Source of the DNA: Chitinophagaceae bacterium
Lineage (GTDB): Bacteria > Bacteroidota > Bacteroidia > Chitinophagales > Chitinophagaceae
Assembly: GCA_017853575.1 (NCBI GenBank)
Contig: JAFMJI010000011.1
Coordinates: 220-64,219, forward strand
Length of the DNA: 64,000 bases
Direction: 5' to 3'
The notes beneath the pieces are model-generated. The model did no database searches and was not told the origin of the DNA. It was given only the letters and a program-made list of their open reading frames with translations. Position 1 is the first letter of the stretch; every line of letters starts with the position of its first letter. The position numbers and the translations under genes are program-made. Below are positions 1 through 11,500 of the stretch, piece by piece.

Positions 1-2
1 TG

Positions 3-683
3 TTGACAGATGCTGATGAGAAAGATGAAAATGCTGATACGGTGAAGATGATGACTATACATGCTGCAAAGGGATTGGAATTTTCATGTGTGTTTGCAGT
101 TGGTTTGGAAGAAATGCTTTTCCCCAATGCAATGAGCATTAATACAAGGGAAGAGTTGGAAGAAGAAAGAAGATTATTTTATGTTGTCATCACAAGGGCA
201 AAACAAAAGTTGTGGATCAGCTATGCGAATACAAGATATAAGTTTGGACAAGTAGTGCAAAATGATCCAAGCAGGTTCATCAATGAACTTCCTGAAGATC
301 ATCTCGACAGATCTTATGCAGGAGGTGGATTTAGAAATCAGTCAACTTCATCTGCATCAGAGCGAATGCGCGGTTGGGGTCAATCAAATACCATTCAGCA
401 AAAATCATTTTTTGATCAACCTAAAAAACCAACAGAGCGTCCTTCTTATATGCCGCCCAGCTCTGTGACAAAACCGATCATTCATCAACCATCGACAGAT
501 TTTAAACCCAGTGATACATCAGATTTAAAGGAAGGGCAGAAAGTGGAACATCAGAAATTCGGATTTGGTATGGTATTAAAAATGGAAGGCGCATCCCATA
601 ATCCGATTGCTACCATTAAATTTGATTTGAATGGCGAGAAGAAGATTATGTTGAATTATGCGAAGTTGAGGATTGTGGAGTAG
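3..683 (+). CDS. uvrD: UvrD/PcrA-family ATP-dependent DNA helicase, C-terminal part (gene starts before the window)
   Basis: SF1 motif V TIHAAKGLEF, motif VI EEERRLFYVVITRA, C-terminal Tudor-like domain (VEHQKFGFGMV). Confidence 0.9.
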   Translation: MTDADEKDENADTVKMMTIHAAKGLEFSCVFAVGLEEMLFPNAMSINTREELEEERRLFYVVITRAKQKLWISYANTRYKFGQVVQNDPSRFINELPEDHLDRSYAGGGFRNQSTSSASERMRGWGQSNTIQQKSFFDQPKKPTERPSYMPPSSVTKPIIHQPSTDFKPSDTSDLKEGQKVEHQKFGFGMVLKMEGASHNPIATIKFDLNGEKKIMLNYAKLRIVE

Positions 684-687
684 CAAA

Positions 688-743
688 AGGGACAAGGGAC
701 AAGAGAGAAGGGACAAGGGACAAGGGAGAAGAGATGAGGGGAT
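688..743 (+). repeat. Purine-rich heptamer tandem array (AGGGACA-like x8)
   Basis: AGGGACA AGGGACA AGAGAGA AGGGACA AGGGACA AGGGAGA AGAGATG AGGGGAT, starting 4 nt after the helicase stop. Confidence 0.9.
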
Positions 744-777
744 ATAATTCTGTAAAATAAATTGAAAAATATAGTTT

Positions 778-2100
778 ATGAAAAATGTAATCCAATTTTT
801 ACTATGCTTTCTTGTTGTTGCTTCAACTTATGCCCAAGTTGTATTGCCTGAAAGAGAGCAGGCGCGCGTGATTGATGAGATATTGGAGGAACGCTTCAAT
901 ACGGTTGTTCCTGCATTGATGGAGCGAACAGGAATTGATATGTGGATTATAATTTCTCGCGAGTACAATGAAGATCCACTTTTGAAAACAATGTTGCCTT
1001 CGACTTGGCTATCTGCAAGAAGAACAACCATGATCGTTTTCTATCAGGATGCGAAAAAGAAATCATTGGAGAAAATGGCAATAGCTAGATACAATGTGGG
1101 TGAATCAATCAAGGCTTCTTGGGATATGAAAAAGTTTCCCGATCAATGGGATGCATTGGTGGATATCATCGCTACAAGAAATCCGCAAAAAATTGGATTG
1201 AATATTTCTGAAAATTTTGCGCATGCTGATGGGTTGGATCATACACATTATGATATGCTGATGAAAAAACTTCCATCCACATTGAAATCAAAAGTTGTTA
1301 GTGCAGAACCCTTGGCAGTGGGTTGGATGGAAACCAGAACTGAAAAGGAGATGCAGATCTATCCAAAATTGGTTGCGATTACACATGATATCATCAAAGA
1401 AGGATTTTCAAGCAAGGTAGTAACGCCTGGTGTTACCACTACAGATGATTTGGTTTGGTGGTTTAGACAAAAACTTACTTCGCTTGGGTTGATCACATGG
1501 TTTCATCCTTCTGTTGCCATTCAAAGAAGTGATTCAACCAGCTTTGAACATTTGAGAAGTTTTTCCAATCGTCCAAAAGATGATGTTGTACAACCTGGCG
1601 ATTTATTGCATGTTGATTTTGGTATTACATATTTAAGATTGAACACCGATTGTCAGCAACATGCTTATGTGTTGAAACCGGGTGAAACAGATGCGCCTGC
1701 TTCTATTAAAAAAGCATTTGCCAACAGCAACAGATTACAAGACATTCTTACTTCTAATTTTAAAACAGGAAGAACGGGGAATGAAATATTGTTGGCATCA
1801 CTTCAACAAGCAAAATCTGAGGGGATCAATCCTAGCATTTACACCCATCCTTTAGGGTTCAATGGTCATGCTGCGGGTCCAACCATCGGCATGTGGGACA
1901 TGCAACAGGGGGTTCCAGGAAGCGGTGATTATAAGTTATATCCGAAAACTGTTTATTCTATCGAACTCAATTCCGGCACTTTTATCCCCGAGTGGAAGAA
2001 AGAAATCCGGATCATGCTGGAAGAAGACGGGTATTTTGACGGATCCAGCTTCCGTTATATCGGTGGACGCCAGGAAAACCTACATATCATCAAATACTAA
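778..2100 (+). CDS. Secreted M24-family (Xaa-Pro aminopeptidase-like) metallopeptidase
   Basis: Signal peptide; pita-bread metal ligands HVDFG...TD, YTHPLG, SIE, LEED. Confidence 0.8.
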   Translation: MKNVIQFLLCFLVVASTYAQVVLPEREQARVIDEILEERFNTVVPALMERTGIDMWIIISREYNEDPLLKTMLPSTWLSARRTTMIVFYQDAKKKSLEKMAIARYNVGESIKASWDMKKFPDQWDALVDIIATRNPQKIGLNISENFAHADGLDHTHYDMLMKKLPSTLKSKVVSAEPLAVGWMETRTEKEMQIYPKLVAITHDIIKEGFSSKVVTPGVTTTDDLVWWFRQKLTSLGLITWFHPSVAIQRSDSTSFEHLRSFSNRPKDDVVQPGDLLHVDFGITYLRLNTDCQQHAYVLKPGETDAPASIKKAFANSNRLQDILTSNFKTGRTGNEILLASLQQAKSEGINPSIYTHPLGFNGHAAGPTIGMWDMQQGVPGSGDYKLYPKTVYSIELNSGTFIPEWKKEIRIMLEEDGYFDGSSFRYIGGRQENLHIIKY

Positions 2101-2119
2101 GGTACTGTAAAAAAAATAC

Positions 2120-2159
2120 TACTATGTATTGCATAGTATTATAAATATCCCTATCTTTG
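2120..2159 (+). promoter_or_regulatory. Palindromic operator TACTATG-N5-CATAGTA (2120-2138) and Bacteroidota -7 box TATCTTTG (2152-2159) upstream of padR
   Basis: Perfect 7-bp inverted repeat over the expected -33 region; box matches TAnnTTTG. Confidence 0.65.
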
Positions 2160-2195
2160 TCCTGTTGATCGATCATTTTCGGTCAGAAACAGGAT

Positions 2196-2600
2196 ATGAA
2201 TATTGAGAATACACAGAGTCAAATGAAGAAGGGGGTGCTGGAATTCTGCATCCTGTCTATCATTCGCAGGGGGGAAGCCTATCCGTCGGATATCATCGAA
2301 GAGATGAAAAAGGCCGACTTGAATATTTTGGAAGGAACCCTTTATCCATTATTAACAAGATTGAAGAATGCTGATTTACTCAGCTACCGTTGGGTGGAGA
2401 GTCCGAGTGGACCTCCAAGGAAATATTTTTCCCTGACTGATAAAGGTTTGGCTTTTTATGCAGAACTGGATGCAACTTGGAAAACAATGACTGCTGCTGT
2501 GGAGAGGGTGATAAATACAAAGGGAGAAGGCCTGCCTGCCGGTCAGGCAGGGACAAGGGACGAGGGACGAGAGGAACAGCCGTTCACGGTTGACAGTTAA
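2196..2600 (+). CDS. PadR-family transcriptional regulator with a repeat-derived C-terminal tail
   Basis: MKKGVLEFCIL, EGTLYPLLTRL, GPPRKYF motifs; directly upstream of a PspC-domain gene. Confidence 0.9.
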   Translation: MNIENTQSQMKKGVLEFCILSIIRRGEAYPSDIIEEMKKADLNILEGTLYPLLTRLKNADLLSYRWVESPSGPPRKYFSLTDKGLAFYAELDATWKTMTAAVERVINTKGEGLPAGQAGTRDEGREEQPFTVDS

Positions 2601-2623
2601 CTGTTAACCGTCAACTGTCAACC
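2521..2623 (+). repeat. Composite repeat: AGGGACA-type heptamers + CCTGCCTG-N5-CAGGCAGG palindrome + GTTGACA/GTTAACC heptamer palindrome
   Basis: CCTGCCTG 2531-2538 / CAGGCAGG 2544-2551; GGTTGACAGTT 2588-2598 / AACTGTCAACC 2613-2623. Confidence 0.85.
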
Positions 2624-2674
2624 GACAACAATGACAACAACTAAAACAACTAGAACCATTACAACTCAGATACA

Positions 2675-4819
2675 ATGAAAAAAGTCATCAACATCAATTT
2701 TCAAGGCAGGGTGATTCCAATTGAGGAACCGGCTTATGAGAATTTGAAAAAATATGTAGACAGTCTTCGTATTTATTTTTCAAATGAAGAAGGAAAGGAT
2801 GAAATCGTAAATGATATTGAGAACAGAATTGCAGAACTCTTTAATGAGAAGATGAAAGCAGGTGCTTCATTTATTACTGAAGAACATGTTGAAGCAATTG
2901 TTTCAAGTATTGGGAGACCAGAGCAGTTTGATGAAATTTCTATGAAAGAAGAAAGTTCATCTACTTCAAATAATTATACTGGTTATACAGATGCGCCTCG
3001 TGGCAATTTGTTCAGAAATTCCAAAGACAAATTAATTGGTGGAGTATGCAGTGGGATGGGGGCATATTTTAGAATTGATACTTCTATTATTCGCGTATTA
3101 TTTGTGCTAATTGCTTTCGGCTCATTTGGTACTATGTTTTTATTGTACATTATTCTTTGGGCAATTCTACCTTCAAAAGATATTGCTGAAACCGTGGTAA
3201 GAAGAAAACTGTATCGTGATCCTGATCATAAAGTAATTGGTGGTGTATTAAGTGGAATTGCACAATATTTTAATATTCAGGTATGGATACCAAGATTGAT
3301 TTTTTTATTGCCAGTGGTATTTGGAGTGTTTAAGAATTTAGAATGGTTTTTCTTTTTTCCATTGTTTAATTTATTCTCAGGTTCATTGGTGTTGACTTAT
3401 ATCATTCTCTGGGCAGTGATTCCGAAGGCTGTTACTGCATCAGAGAAAATGGAAATGAAAGGAGAGAAAGTTGATTTAGAATCCATCAAAAATAAAATTC
3501 AGGATGAGTTGCAAGGGGTGAAAAAAAATATTGATGCAAACAAAGATCAATGGAAACAAGACTTTAAAGAAAGAGCAACTTCATTTTCTCAAGAAGTGAA
3601 AGAAACTGCACGCCCTGCTGGCAGGGGATTTTTTCGATTCATCGCTGCTGTTTTCAAAGTATTTGTATTTTTCATCCTCGGGATTGTTGCATTGGTTTTA
3701 TTTGCTCTAGGTACCAGTGCCATCTTGGTCGGTTCTGCATTGATGCCTCTTAAATATTTTATAGTAAATAGTGTACTGGTTCAATTCTATGGTTGGGGCA
3801 CACTCTTGCTATTTATCATTGTTCCAATAGTTGCCTTGTTGGTGTATCTGATCAGAAAAATTATTGGTGTAAATTCAAGATCAGCTTGGTTGGGATGGAC
3901 GTTTAGTGGATTATGGATACTTGGGTGGTTTTCTGTGGTGATGTTGTTTGTTACCATTTCAAAAGAATTTAAAAGATCTGGCCAGGTGAAGGAGTCTGTT
4001 CAATTACAACAGCCTGTATCTGGTAAATTGAAATTAATGTTCAATAAAACAGCCGGGAAATTTTATTCTATTGATTTTGATTTCTTTGAAGACAACGATG
4101 ATGATTTGAATGCAAGAGTGGAGGGATTAAAATTATCCAAACAGGAAGACAGTTTGTTGTTGAATAACATGCGTATTCGTCTGGAAAAGAGTATGGATGA
4201 TAGTTTTCATGTGTATATTATTAAACGTGCCAGAGCATCCAGTACTTCAGATGCAGAATCATTTGCAGAGCAAATCAATTTCCCGGTTCAACAGGTAGAT
4301 AGTATACTGGACTTGCCATCGGGCTTTGTGGTGAATGATAAAACCAAGTTCAGAAATCAACAAGTTATTGTGTTGGTTGAAGTACCTGTTGGCAAAGAGA
4401 TTTATATTGATCGCTTAGCAAATAATTTCAATTGGTATAATATTCGCGGAGGAGTTAGGGGATTATCCGTTGACATTGATGATGATTATGATGAAGTTTC
4501 CTGGCGCCCTGGTCGTTGGTATAAAATGACGGAATCAGGTATTGAAAGAATTGGGGGTGAAGATGAAATAGAATTGAATACGGATGATTTGGAAGACAGG
4601 ATCGATCGTTTAAAAGATGAAATCAGAAAAAAAGAAATTGATTTGAAATCCATTGATATCAAAATCAAAGACAAGGATACAACAGTAGATATGCATATCA
4701 AATCAAATGCATCCAATCATAAAGCAGTATCCACTGAAATGGACGCTGAAGATCCTTCACGAAGTGCCAATGTTCAGATTTTATTCAGAGCACTCAATCT
4801 GTTGAAATTGGCGCGATGA
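2675..4819 (+). CDS. PspC-domain membrane protein (envelope stress response)
   Basis: [12 protein letters not shown]-terminus; two PspC repeats ([32 protein letters not shown]); several TM segments. Confidence 0.85.
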   Translation: MKKVININFQGRVIPIEEPAYENLKKYVDSLRIYFSNEEGKDEIVNDIENRIAELFNEKMKAGASFITEEHVEAIVSSIGRPEQFDEISMKEESSSTSNNYTGYTDAPRGNLFRNSKDKLIGGVCSGMGAYFRIDTSIIRVLFVLIAFGSFGTMFLLYIILWAILPSKDIAETVVRRKLYRDPDHKVIGGVLSGIAQYFNIQVWIPRLIFLLPVVFGVFKNLEWFFFFPLFNLFSGSLVLTYIILWAVIPKAVTASEKMEMKGEKVDLESIKNKIQDELQGVKKNIDANKDQWKQDFKERATSFSQEVKETARPAGRGFFRFIAAVFKVFVFFILGIVALVLFALGTSAILVGSALMPLKYFIVNSVLVQFYGWGTLLLFIIVPIVALLVYLIRKIIGVNSRSAWLGWTFSGLWILGWFSVVMLFVTISKEFKRSGQVKESVQLQQPVSGKLKLMFNKTAGKFYSIDFDFFEDNDDDLNARVEGLKLSKQEDSLLLNNMRIRLEKSMDDSFHVYIIKRARASSTSDAESFAEQINFPVQQVDSILDLPSGFVVNDKTKFRNQQVIVLVEVPVGKEIYIDRLANNFNWYNIRGGVRGLSVDIDDDYDEVSWRPGRWYKMTESGIERIGGEDEIELNTDDLEDRIDRLKDEIRKKEIDLKSIDIKIKDKDTTVDMHIKSNASNHKAVSTEMDAEDPSRSANVQILFRALNLLKLAR

Positions 4820-4826
4820 TTTGATT

Positions 4827-4834
4827 TATCTTTG
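4827..4834 (+). promoter_or_regulatory. -7 promoter box TATCTTTG, 4 nt before the gcvT ATG
   Basis: Matches the TAnnTTTG consensus. Confidence 0.65.
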
Positions 4835-4838
4835 CGTC

Positions 4839-5927
4839 ATGAAATCTACTCCATTTACCGCTCTGCATGAGGCTTTGGGTGCGAAGATGGCAGCCTTTGC
4901 CGGATACAATATGCCTATTTCCTATTCAGGCATCAACGATGAACATCATGCCGTTAGAAACAATGCTGGTGTGTTTGATGTAAGCCATATGGGAGAATTT
5001 ATTCTCAAAGGCGAACAGGCGTTAGATCTCATTCAAAGAGTAAGTACCAATGATGCATCTGTATTAGAAAATGGTCAGGCTCAATATACATGTATGACCA
5101 ATGAAAATGCAGGCATTGTAGATGATATGCTTGTATACTGCATTGAAAAAAATAAGGTATACATGTTGGTCGTGAATGCATCCAATATTGAAAAAGATTG
5201 GGAATGGATTCAGCAGTTCAATCAGGGAAATGTAGAAATGCACAATATTTCCGATAAAACTTGTTTGTTGGCAGTGCAGGGTCCGAACGCATGCAAGATG
5301 CTTCAACCGCTTACATCAATGAATATCGTTGATCTGAAATATTACACTTTTGTTAAAGGAGTTTTTGCAGGAGTTGAAAATGTATTGGTGAGTGCAACGG
5401 GTTATACAGGTGCCGGTGGTGTGGAAATATACTTTGAAAACAAAGGCGATGATGCCATCAACATTTGGAACGCCATTTTTGAAGCCGGTAAAGAAGCAGG
5501 CATCAAGCCAGTTGGATTAGGAGCAAGAGATACCCTTAGATTAGAAAAGGGATTTTGTTTGTACGGGAATGATATAGACGATTATACTACTCCATTAGAA
5601 GCAGGACTGGGATGGATCACAAAATTCAATAAAGAATTTACTTCATCTGCATTTCTGCAAAAGCAGAAGACATCAGGAGTTGAGAAGAAATTGGTTGGAT
5701 TTGAAATGATCGATAGAGGGATTCCCCGTCATGATTATTTCATACGTGATGAAGAAGGAAACATGATTGGAAAAGTTACTTCTGGAACACAATCACCCAC
5801 ATTGAATAAAGGTATTGGTATGGGGTATGTGTTGAGTGATCATGCAAAGCCAGGTTCAACGATCTATATAGATATCCGCGATAAACAGTTAAAGGCAGCT
5901 GTTGTAAAATTCCCATTTGTAAAATAG
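4839..5927 (+). CDS. gcvT: Glycine cleavage system aminomethyltransferase T
   Basis: [38 protein letters not shown]; ATG 4839 preferred over TTG 4821. Confidence 0.95.
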   Translation: MKSTPFTALHEALGAKMAAFAGYNMPISYSGINDEHHAVRNNAGVFDVSHMGEFILKGEQALDLIQRVSTNDASVLENGQAQYTCMTNENAGIVDDMLVYCIEKNKVYMLVVNASNIEKDWEWIQQFNQGNVEMHNISDKTCLLAVQGPNACKMLQPLTSMNIVDLKYYTFVKGVFAGVENVLVSATGYTGAGGVEIYFENKGDDAINIWNAIFEAGKEAGIKPVGLGARDTLRLEKGFCLYGNDIDDYTTPLEAGLGWITKFNKEFTSSAFLQKQKTSGVEKKLVGFEMIDRGIPRHDYFIRDEEGNMIGKVTSGTQSPTLNKGIGMGYVLSDHAKPGSTIYIDIRDKQLKAAVVKFPFVK

Positions 5928-5935
5928 CATAGCGC

Positions 5936-6661
5936 GTGGCATCCCGTAATTTATATACATGTCTCTCTCCTGCCCTGCTCGATCTGTATGATATCAGCAA
6001 TTCAGTGGTTGTAATCATCGATGTATTGCGAGCAACTTCCACCATAGCAACTGCATTGCACAATGGAGCAGCATCGGTGATTCCTGTTGCAACTGTTCCT
6101 CAATGCATTGAATTGGGAGAAGCGGTCGGAGGAATTACAGCAGGTGAACGCGATGGCAAGGTTGCTGAAGGACTTAAATATGGTAATTCACCTTTTGAAT
6201 ATCCAAGATCATTCATTGAAAACAAAGTATTGGTGTTGACTACCACAAATGGCACCAAGCTTTTGCACATGGCGCTCGACAGGGGTGCACCTGAAATCAT
6301 TACCGGTTCTTTCCCAAATCTTTCCGCAGTTTGTGATCACTTGATCGCCTCAGATAAAGATGTATTGTTGGGTTGTGCTGCATGGAAAGACCGCGTCAAT
6401 TTGGAAGACAGTCTCTTTGCAGGAGCTGTTATCAATCGTGTCAAATCTCATTTTAATATTCTTTGTGATTCATCCAGTATTGCATCAACCATGTTTCAGG
6501 AGGCAGGAAGTGACCGTTTTGAATTCATGAAAAATAAAAATGCAACACACTATCATCGCTTGATGAAATATGGACTGGAAAAGGACATTCGTTATTGCCT
6601 GACAGAAGACGGCGCGAATGTTTTGCCTATTTTTAAAGGCGATCGATTGGTAATCTCCTAA
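5936..6661 (+). CDS. comB: 2-phosphosulfolactate phosphatase family protein
   Basis: VVIIDVLRATSTI, GER, GNSP, LTTTNGT, LED motifs. Confidence 0.85.
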   Translation: MASRNLYTCLSPALLDLYDISNSVVVIIDVLRATSTIATALHNGAASVIPVATVPQCIELGEAVGGITAGERDGKVAEGLKYGNSPFEYPRSFIENKVLVLTTTNGTKLLHMALDRGAPEIITGSFPNLSAVCDHLIASDKDVLLGCAAWKDRVNLEDSLFAGAVINRVKSHFNILCDSSSIASTMFQEAGSDRFEFMKNKNATHYHRLMKYGLEKDIRYCLTEDGANVLPIFKGDRLVIS

Positions 6662-6685
6662 TTCGTAAATTGTAAAAAAAATTTC

Positions 6686-8401
6686 ATGAGCAATGCTTCG
6701 CTGAGAAGTCAAGGCTGGTTCGGCCGTACAGGTAAAGACGGATTTATTTATCGTGCCTGGATGAAAAACCAAGGAATACCGGACGAAGAATTTCGTGGCA
6801 AACCCGTGATTGGTATTTGTAATACCTGGAGTGAATTGACACCTTGCAATGCGCATTTTCGTGAACTTGCAGAATCTGTAAAAAGAGGTGTAATTGCTGC
6901 AGGCGGCTTCCCACTTGAATTTCCTGTGATGTCTTTGGGTGAAACATTGATCAAACCCACAGCCATGCTCTATAGAAATCTTGCCAGTATGGATGTAGAA
7001 GAATCCATCAGAGCAAATCCGCTAGATGGTGTTGTATTGCTTTGTGGTTGTGATAAAACAACTCCATCGTTGGTCATGGGTGCATGTAGTGTGAACATTC
7101 CAACCATTGTTGTTTCAGGCGGGCCCATGTTAACAGGCAGATACGAAGGGAAAAATATTGGCACATCAGATATTTGGCGTTTTGCAGATGCAGTGAGAAG
7201 CGGCGACATGTCGCAAGAGCAACTCACTGTTGCAGAAGCATGCATGTGTAGAAGCAGGGGACATTGTGCTGTGATGGGGACAGCATCTACCATGGCTTGT
7301 ATGGTGGAATCATTGGGATTGACCTTGCCTTCGAATGCAGCAATCCCTGCAGCTGATAGCAGACGAAAAGTATTGGCTCAATATTCCGGAAGCAGAATCG
7401 TTGAAATGGTAAAAGAAGATTTGAAGCCTTCTGATATTTTGACGAGAGAAGCATTTGAAAATGCCATCAGAGTAAATGCTGCAATTGGAGGATCCACCAA
7501 TTTTGTTATTCATCTTTTGGCGATAGCACGAAGAATCGGAATTGAATTATCCTTGGAAGATTTTCATGTCAACTCTGAAGGCATTCCTCTGTTGGCAAAC
7601 CTTCAACCTTCCGGAGAATATTTCATGGAAGACTTTTATTATGCAGGAGGTTTACCTGTTGTGATGAAAGCCATGCATGATCGATTGCATGCAGACTGCA
7701 TTACTGCAAATGGGAAAACGTTGAAAGAAAATTATAAGAATGCAACATCCTTTAACGATGATGTCATCAGAGATCTTGGTAATCCATTTAAAAAAGAAAC
7801 AGGATTGGCTGTTCTCAGCGGAAACCTTTGTGAGAATGGTGCAGTTATCAAACCCAGTGCTGCGAGTCCCCATCTGATGCGGCATACAGGCCGTGCTGTT
7901 GTTTTTGAAAACATCGAAGACTATCACACACGCATCGATGATCCTTCATTGGAAATTGATGAAACCTCTGTAATGGTGCTTAAAAATGTGGGCCCCGTTG
8001 GTTATCCAGGCATGCCTGAAGTTGGCAACATGGGCATCCCAAAGAAATTATTGGAGAAAGGAATTAAAGACATGGTGAGGGTATCTGATGGAAGGATGAG
8101 TGGAACTGGATTTGGAACAGTTGTATTGCATGTTTCACCTGAGGCAGCAAAAGGCGGAACCTTGGCATTGGTTAAAACAGGTGATATGATTGCATTGGAT
8201 GTGTACGATCGAACTTTGCGTTTATTGGTTGATGACGAAGAGTTAGAAAAAAGAAGAGCAGCTTGGAAACCCACACATGTTGAAGCTACAAGGGGATACG
8301 TTCAATTGTATCAACAACATGTTGAGCAGGCGCATTTGGGAGCAGATATGGATTTTTTGAAAGGTTGCTCAGGAAGCAAGGTTACGCGAGACTCTCATTA
8401 A
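6686..8401 (+). CDS. IlvD/Edd-family dehydratase, sugar-acid (L-arabinonate dehydratase-like) clade
   Basis: LRSQGWFG...FIYRAWMKNQG, NTWSELTPCN, GCDKT, CAVMGTASTM, GGSTN, DGRMSGT; ends DSH as in AraC-type enzymes. Confidence 0.8.
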   Translation: MSNASLRSQGWFGRTGKDGFIYRAWMKNQGIPDEEFRGKPVIGICNTWSELTPCNAHFRELAESVKRGVIAAGGFPLEFPVMSLGETLIKPTAMLYRNLASMDVEESIRANPLDGVVLLCGCDKTTPSLVMGACSVNIPTIVVSGGPMLTGRYEGKNIGTSDIWRFADAVRSGDMSQEQLTVAEACMCRSRGHCAVMGTASTMACMVESLGLTLPSNAAIPAADSRRKVLAQYSGSRIVEMVKEDLKPSDILTREAFENAIRVNAAIGGSTNFVIHLLAIARRIGIELSLEDFHVNSEGIPLLANLQPSGEYFMEDFYYAGGLPVVMKAMHDRLHADCITANGKTLKENYKNATSFNDDVIRDLGNPFKKETGLAVLSGNLCENGAVIKPSAASPHLMRHTGRAVVFENIEDYHTRIDDPSLEIDETSVMVLKNVGPVGYPGMPEVGNMGIPKKLLEKGIKDMVRVSDGRMSGTGFGTVVLHVSPEAAKGGTLALVKTGDMIALDVYDRTLRLLVDDEELEKRRAAWKPTHVEATRGYVQLYQQHVEQAHLGADMDFLKGCSGSKVTRDSH

Positions 8402-8531
8402 AAGACAAATCTTTAAAGATAAGGGATTTATTGCTATTTATCGATAGTAAAACAGGTTGATTATTTTAATCAAATCTTTCATGTCATGCGAAATGTTTTC
8501 ATTTATTTTCGCAGATTAACCTGTCTGAATC

Positions 8532-11500
8532 ATGTCTCTTTCGCATCTCTTGAAATTTGTGTACAACAATGGAACGGATGAAGTTATTCGTCGTGGTAAA
8601 AAAATCCATGCCATTGGGTTTGTAGAGTTTGTTGAAACAGATGATTTATTAGGGTCGGTTACGTTTCGCGTGAAAGACGATAACTATAGTACGTTTTATA
8701 AAGTCCATATCCAGAAATATAAAGATCCGCGTGCTTTGTCACTGAGATGTACCTGTCCGTATAACTTGGGAGATATTTGCCGTCATGAAGCAGCGTCATT
8801 GTTACAGTTACAGGATTTGATTGATAAAAATATCATTGGAGACAATACGATCCGTTACGATCAGAAGCATACGATTGTGAAAATGAAACAAATCGATCTG
8901 AAGACAATCAGAATGCTTGCTACAGCTGAAGTGTGTGAGAAAGCAGAAATATTTTTAAGAACCAACAAGGCGAATATTTTAAGTGCGAAAGAGGAACGTG
9001 TTGAAGCACGCTTGGATTTAAATGGTGAATCATTTCCGATGGTCATTCAAAGAAATGAGGAACGGAATTTTGATACTTCATGTAAGTGTAGAGAAGATAC
9101 ACACCCTATTTGTATTCATAAAGCCATTCTGTTTTTACAGTTATTGAATGCATATGGTTCTCAATATTTTGATGCCATCAGAAACTGGGACAAAGAAAAA
9201 AATAAACTTTTAGGAATTTATGGGTACAGTTTGAATGACCCTGATTGGGAGCAGAAATTTGAGTTTACATATAAAGACGGTAAACCCTTTTTAAGGGTAT
9301 TAGACACATCGGTTAAAAGAGTCAACCAGGTTGTTGAAGAAGTTAGGCCTGTCATCAGAAAAGAAGTTGTTGTAGAGGAAGAGCAGGTAGCTGATGTGAA
9401 AATTGAATCTTCCAAACGGCTTGGTATAGTATTTAAAGAGACTCCTGGTAAATATCCTGGATTTGTTGTTGAGTTGGTGATGGGAGAATTTGATGCAGCT
9501 TCAGTAAAATATGTTGGGAAGGTTGAACAAATTGATTTGACAAAATATGTTCCTGTAAATGAAATTTCTGAAGAAGATGTTGCGATGCTCAATGCGGTTA
9601 GAAAACTACAGCGCAATGAAATTGATAAATATGTAAGCCGAAATTCTCCCTTTTCGGGAATTTGGGAAAATATCATTTATTCAGAAGAGGAAGGACTTCC
9701 TGCAGAGACAACTGCATTGATTGATGAATTTCTCTATCCCAAAATAGTAAAACTTTTCACTGAAAATGAGGGTAGAACTGCATTCTTGAAGCTACCTGCT
9801 GGCAAGATGTTTACTACTTCAAATCTTGTTCCCTTAAGTATAGGTGAGGGAAGAATGAAACCTGCACTGCGTGTAGAGATGAACAAGAAACATGTAGCCA
9901 TTACACCTTTGATTATAGTCGAAGAGTGGGATGTTGAAATGCATTCAAATGAATGGAGCTCAAATCTTTTGCCCATTTTTAATAATCAATTGTATTGCTG
10001 GAGTTCCTTGGAAGATGTTGAAGCCATTGGACATTTTATATCAGAAAAAAATACCCAGATACCCATTGATCAATGGCCAACGTTCTTAAAAGACGAAGTA
10101 CTTCCTTTTGCAAGAAAATATAAAGTTGATTTCGATAAATCAATCATGTCGGATGTTTTTGAAGGTGAGCCAACACTTCGTTTGCTGCTTCAGGAAAAAA
10201 ATGACTACTTGATATTTACACCCATCTTCGATTATCATGGATATGAAGTAAAATACAGCGATAAAGAAACAGTATATATTTCTGAGGCTGGTAAGATAAA
10301 GTTGATCAAAAGAAATGCAGAAGTTGAATCAGGGTTTATTCACCGCATCATTTCATTGCACTCTAATTTTATTAGGGCAGAAAACAGTTTTAATCTGATT
10401 TTAAAAGGTTCTGAGGTTTTGAAAAATAACTGGTTCTTTCTTTTTGTTGATGCAATGAGAGAGGCCAATGTGCCAATTGTTGGTTTTGAAATACTTAAAA
10501 ACTTCCGTTTCAATACTGCAAAACCTGAAACCAGAATTTATATTTCCAACGGTATCGATTGGTTTGATGCAAAAGTGGATATAGTTTTTGGCAATCAAAA
10601 AGTTACAGTTGCAGATATTAAAAAAGCTTTGCAAAACAAGCAACAGTATGTTCAATTGAACGATGGGAGTCTTGGTATCCTACCTGAAGAATGGTTGAAA
10701 AAGTATTCTTTACTGTTTAAAGTGGGAGAAGGAAAACTTGATCAGTTGCGGCTTTCAAAGTATCATTTGAGTGTGATTGACGAGTTGTACAATGGAATCG
10801 ATGAAGAGGAAGTGATGATCAAGTTGGAAGAAAAGTATGATCGGCTCAGGTCATTCAATCGAATTAATGAGGTAAATCCTCCAAAAGCACTTGCTCATGT
10901 ATTAAGACCCTATCAGGTTGCAGGTTATCATTGGCTGAATTATTTGAATGAAGTTGGATGGGGCGGCATTTTAGCAGATGACATGGGTTTGGGTAAAACA
11001 GTTCAGGCGCTTTCATTTATACAATTGTATAAAGAGAAATTTGGGAAGATGACGACCTTGGTGGTTTGTCCAACTTCTCTCATGTTCAACTGGGAAAATG
11101 AAATCAAAAAATTTACTCCGAATCTTAGTTATATCATTCATCATGGAGGCGAGCGAATCAGAAACAACAAAAGATTTGAAGACCATGATGTGATCATCAC
11201 AACCTACGGAACATTGAGAAGTGATATCAAATTTATGGTTGAGATTGAATTTGATTATGTGGTGCTGGATGAATCGCAGGCTATTAAAAATCCACAAAGC
11301 AAGGTAACAAAAGCTGCTTCACTGCTCAATGCAAAGAATAAACTTTGCATGAGTGGTACGCCTTTGCAGAACAATACATTTGATATTTATGCCCAGATGA
11401 ATTTTTTAAACCCGGGTATGTTGGGTTCAGTTGAATATTTCAGAAATGAGTTTGCAACCCCCATTGATAAATTCGGTGAGAAGGAAAACAAGGATCATTT

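Noticed and set aside
2624-2670. 9-nt periodic CAACTAGAA-like run before pspC
   Set aside because: Only about four degenerate units, not seen elsewhere in the window; may simply be an A/C-rich translation enhancer
8452-8524. ACAGGTT/AACCTGT and TTGATT/AATCAA inverted repeats upstream of the SNF2 gene
   Set aside because: Short and AT-rich, within chance expectation; no riboswitch consensus recognised
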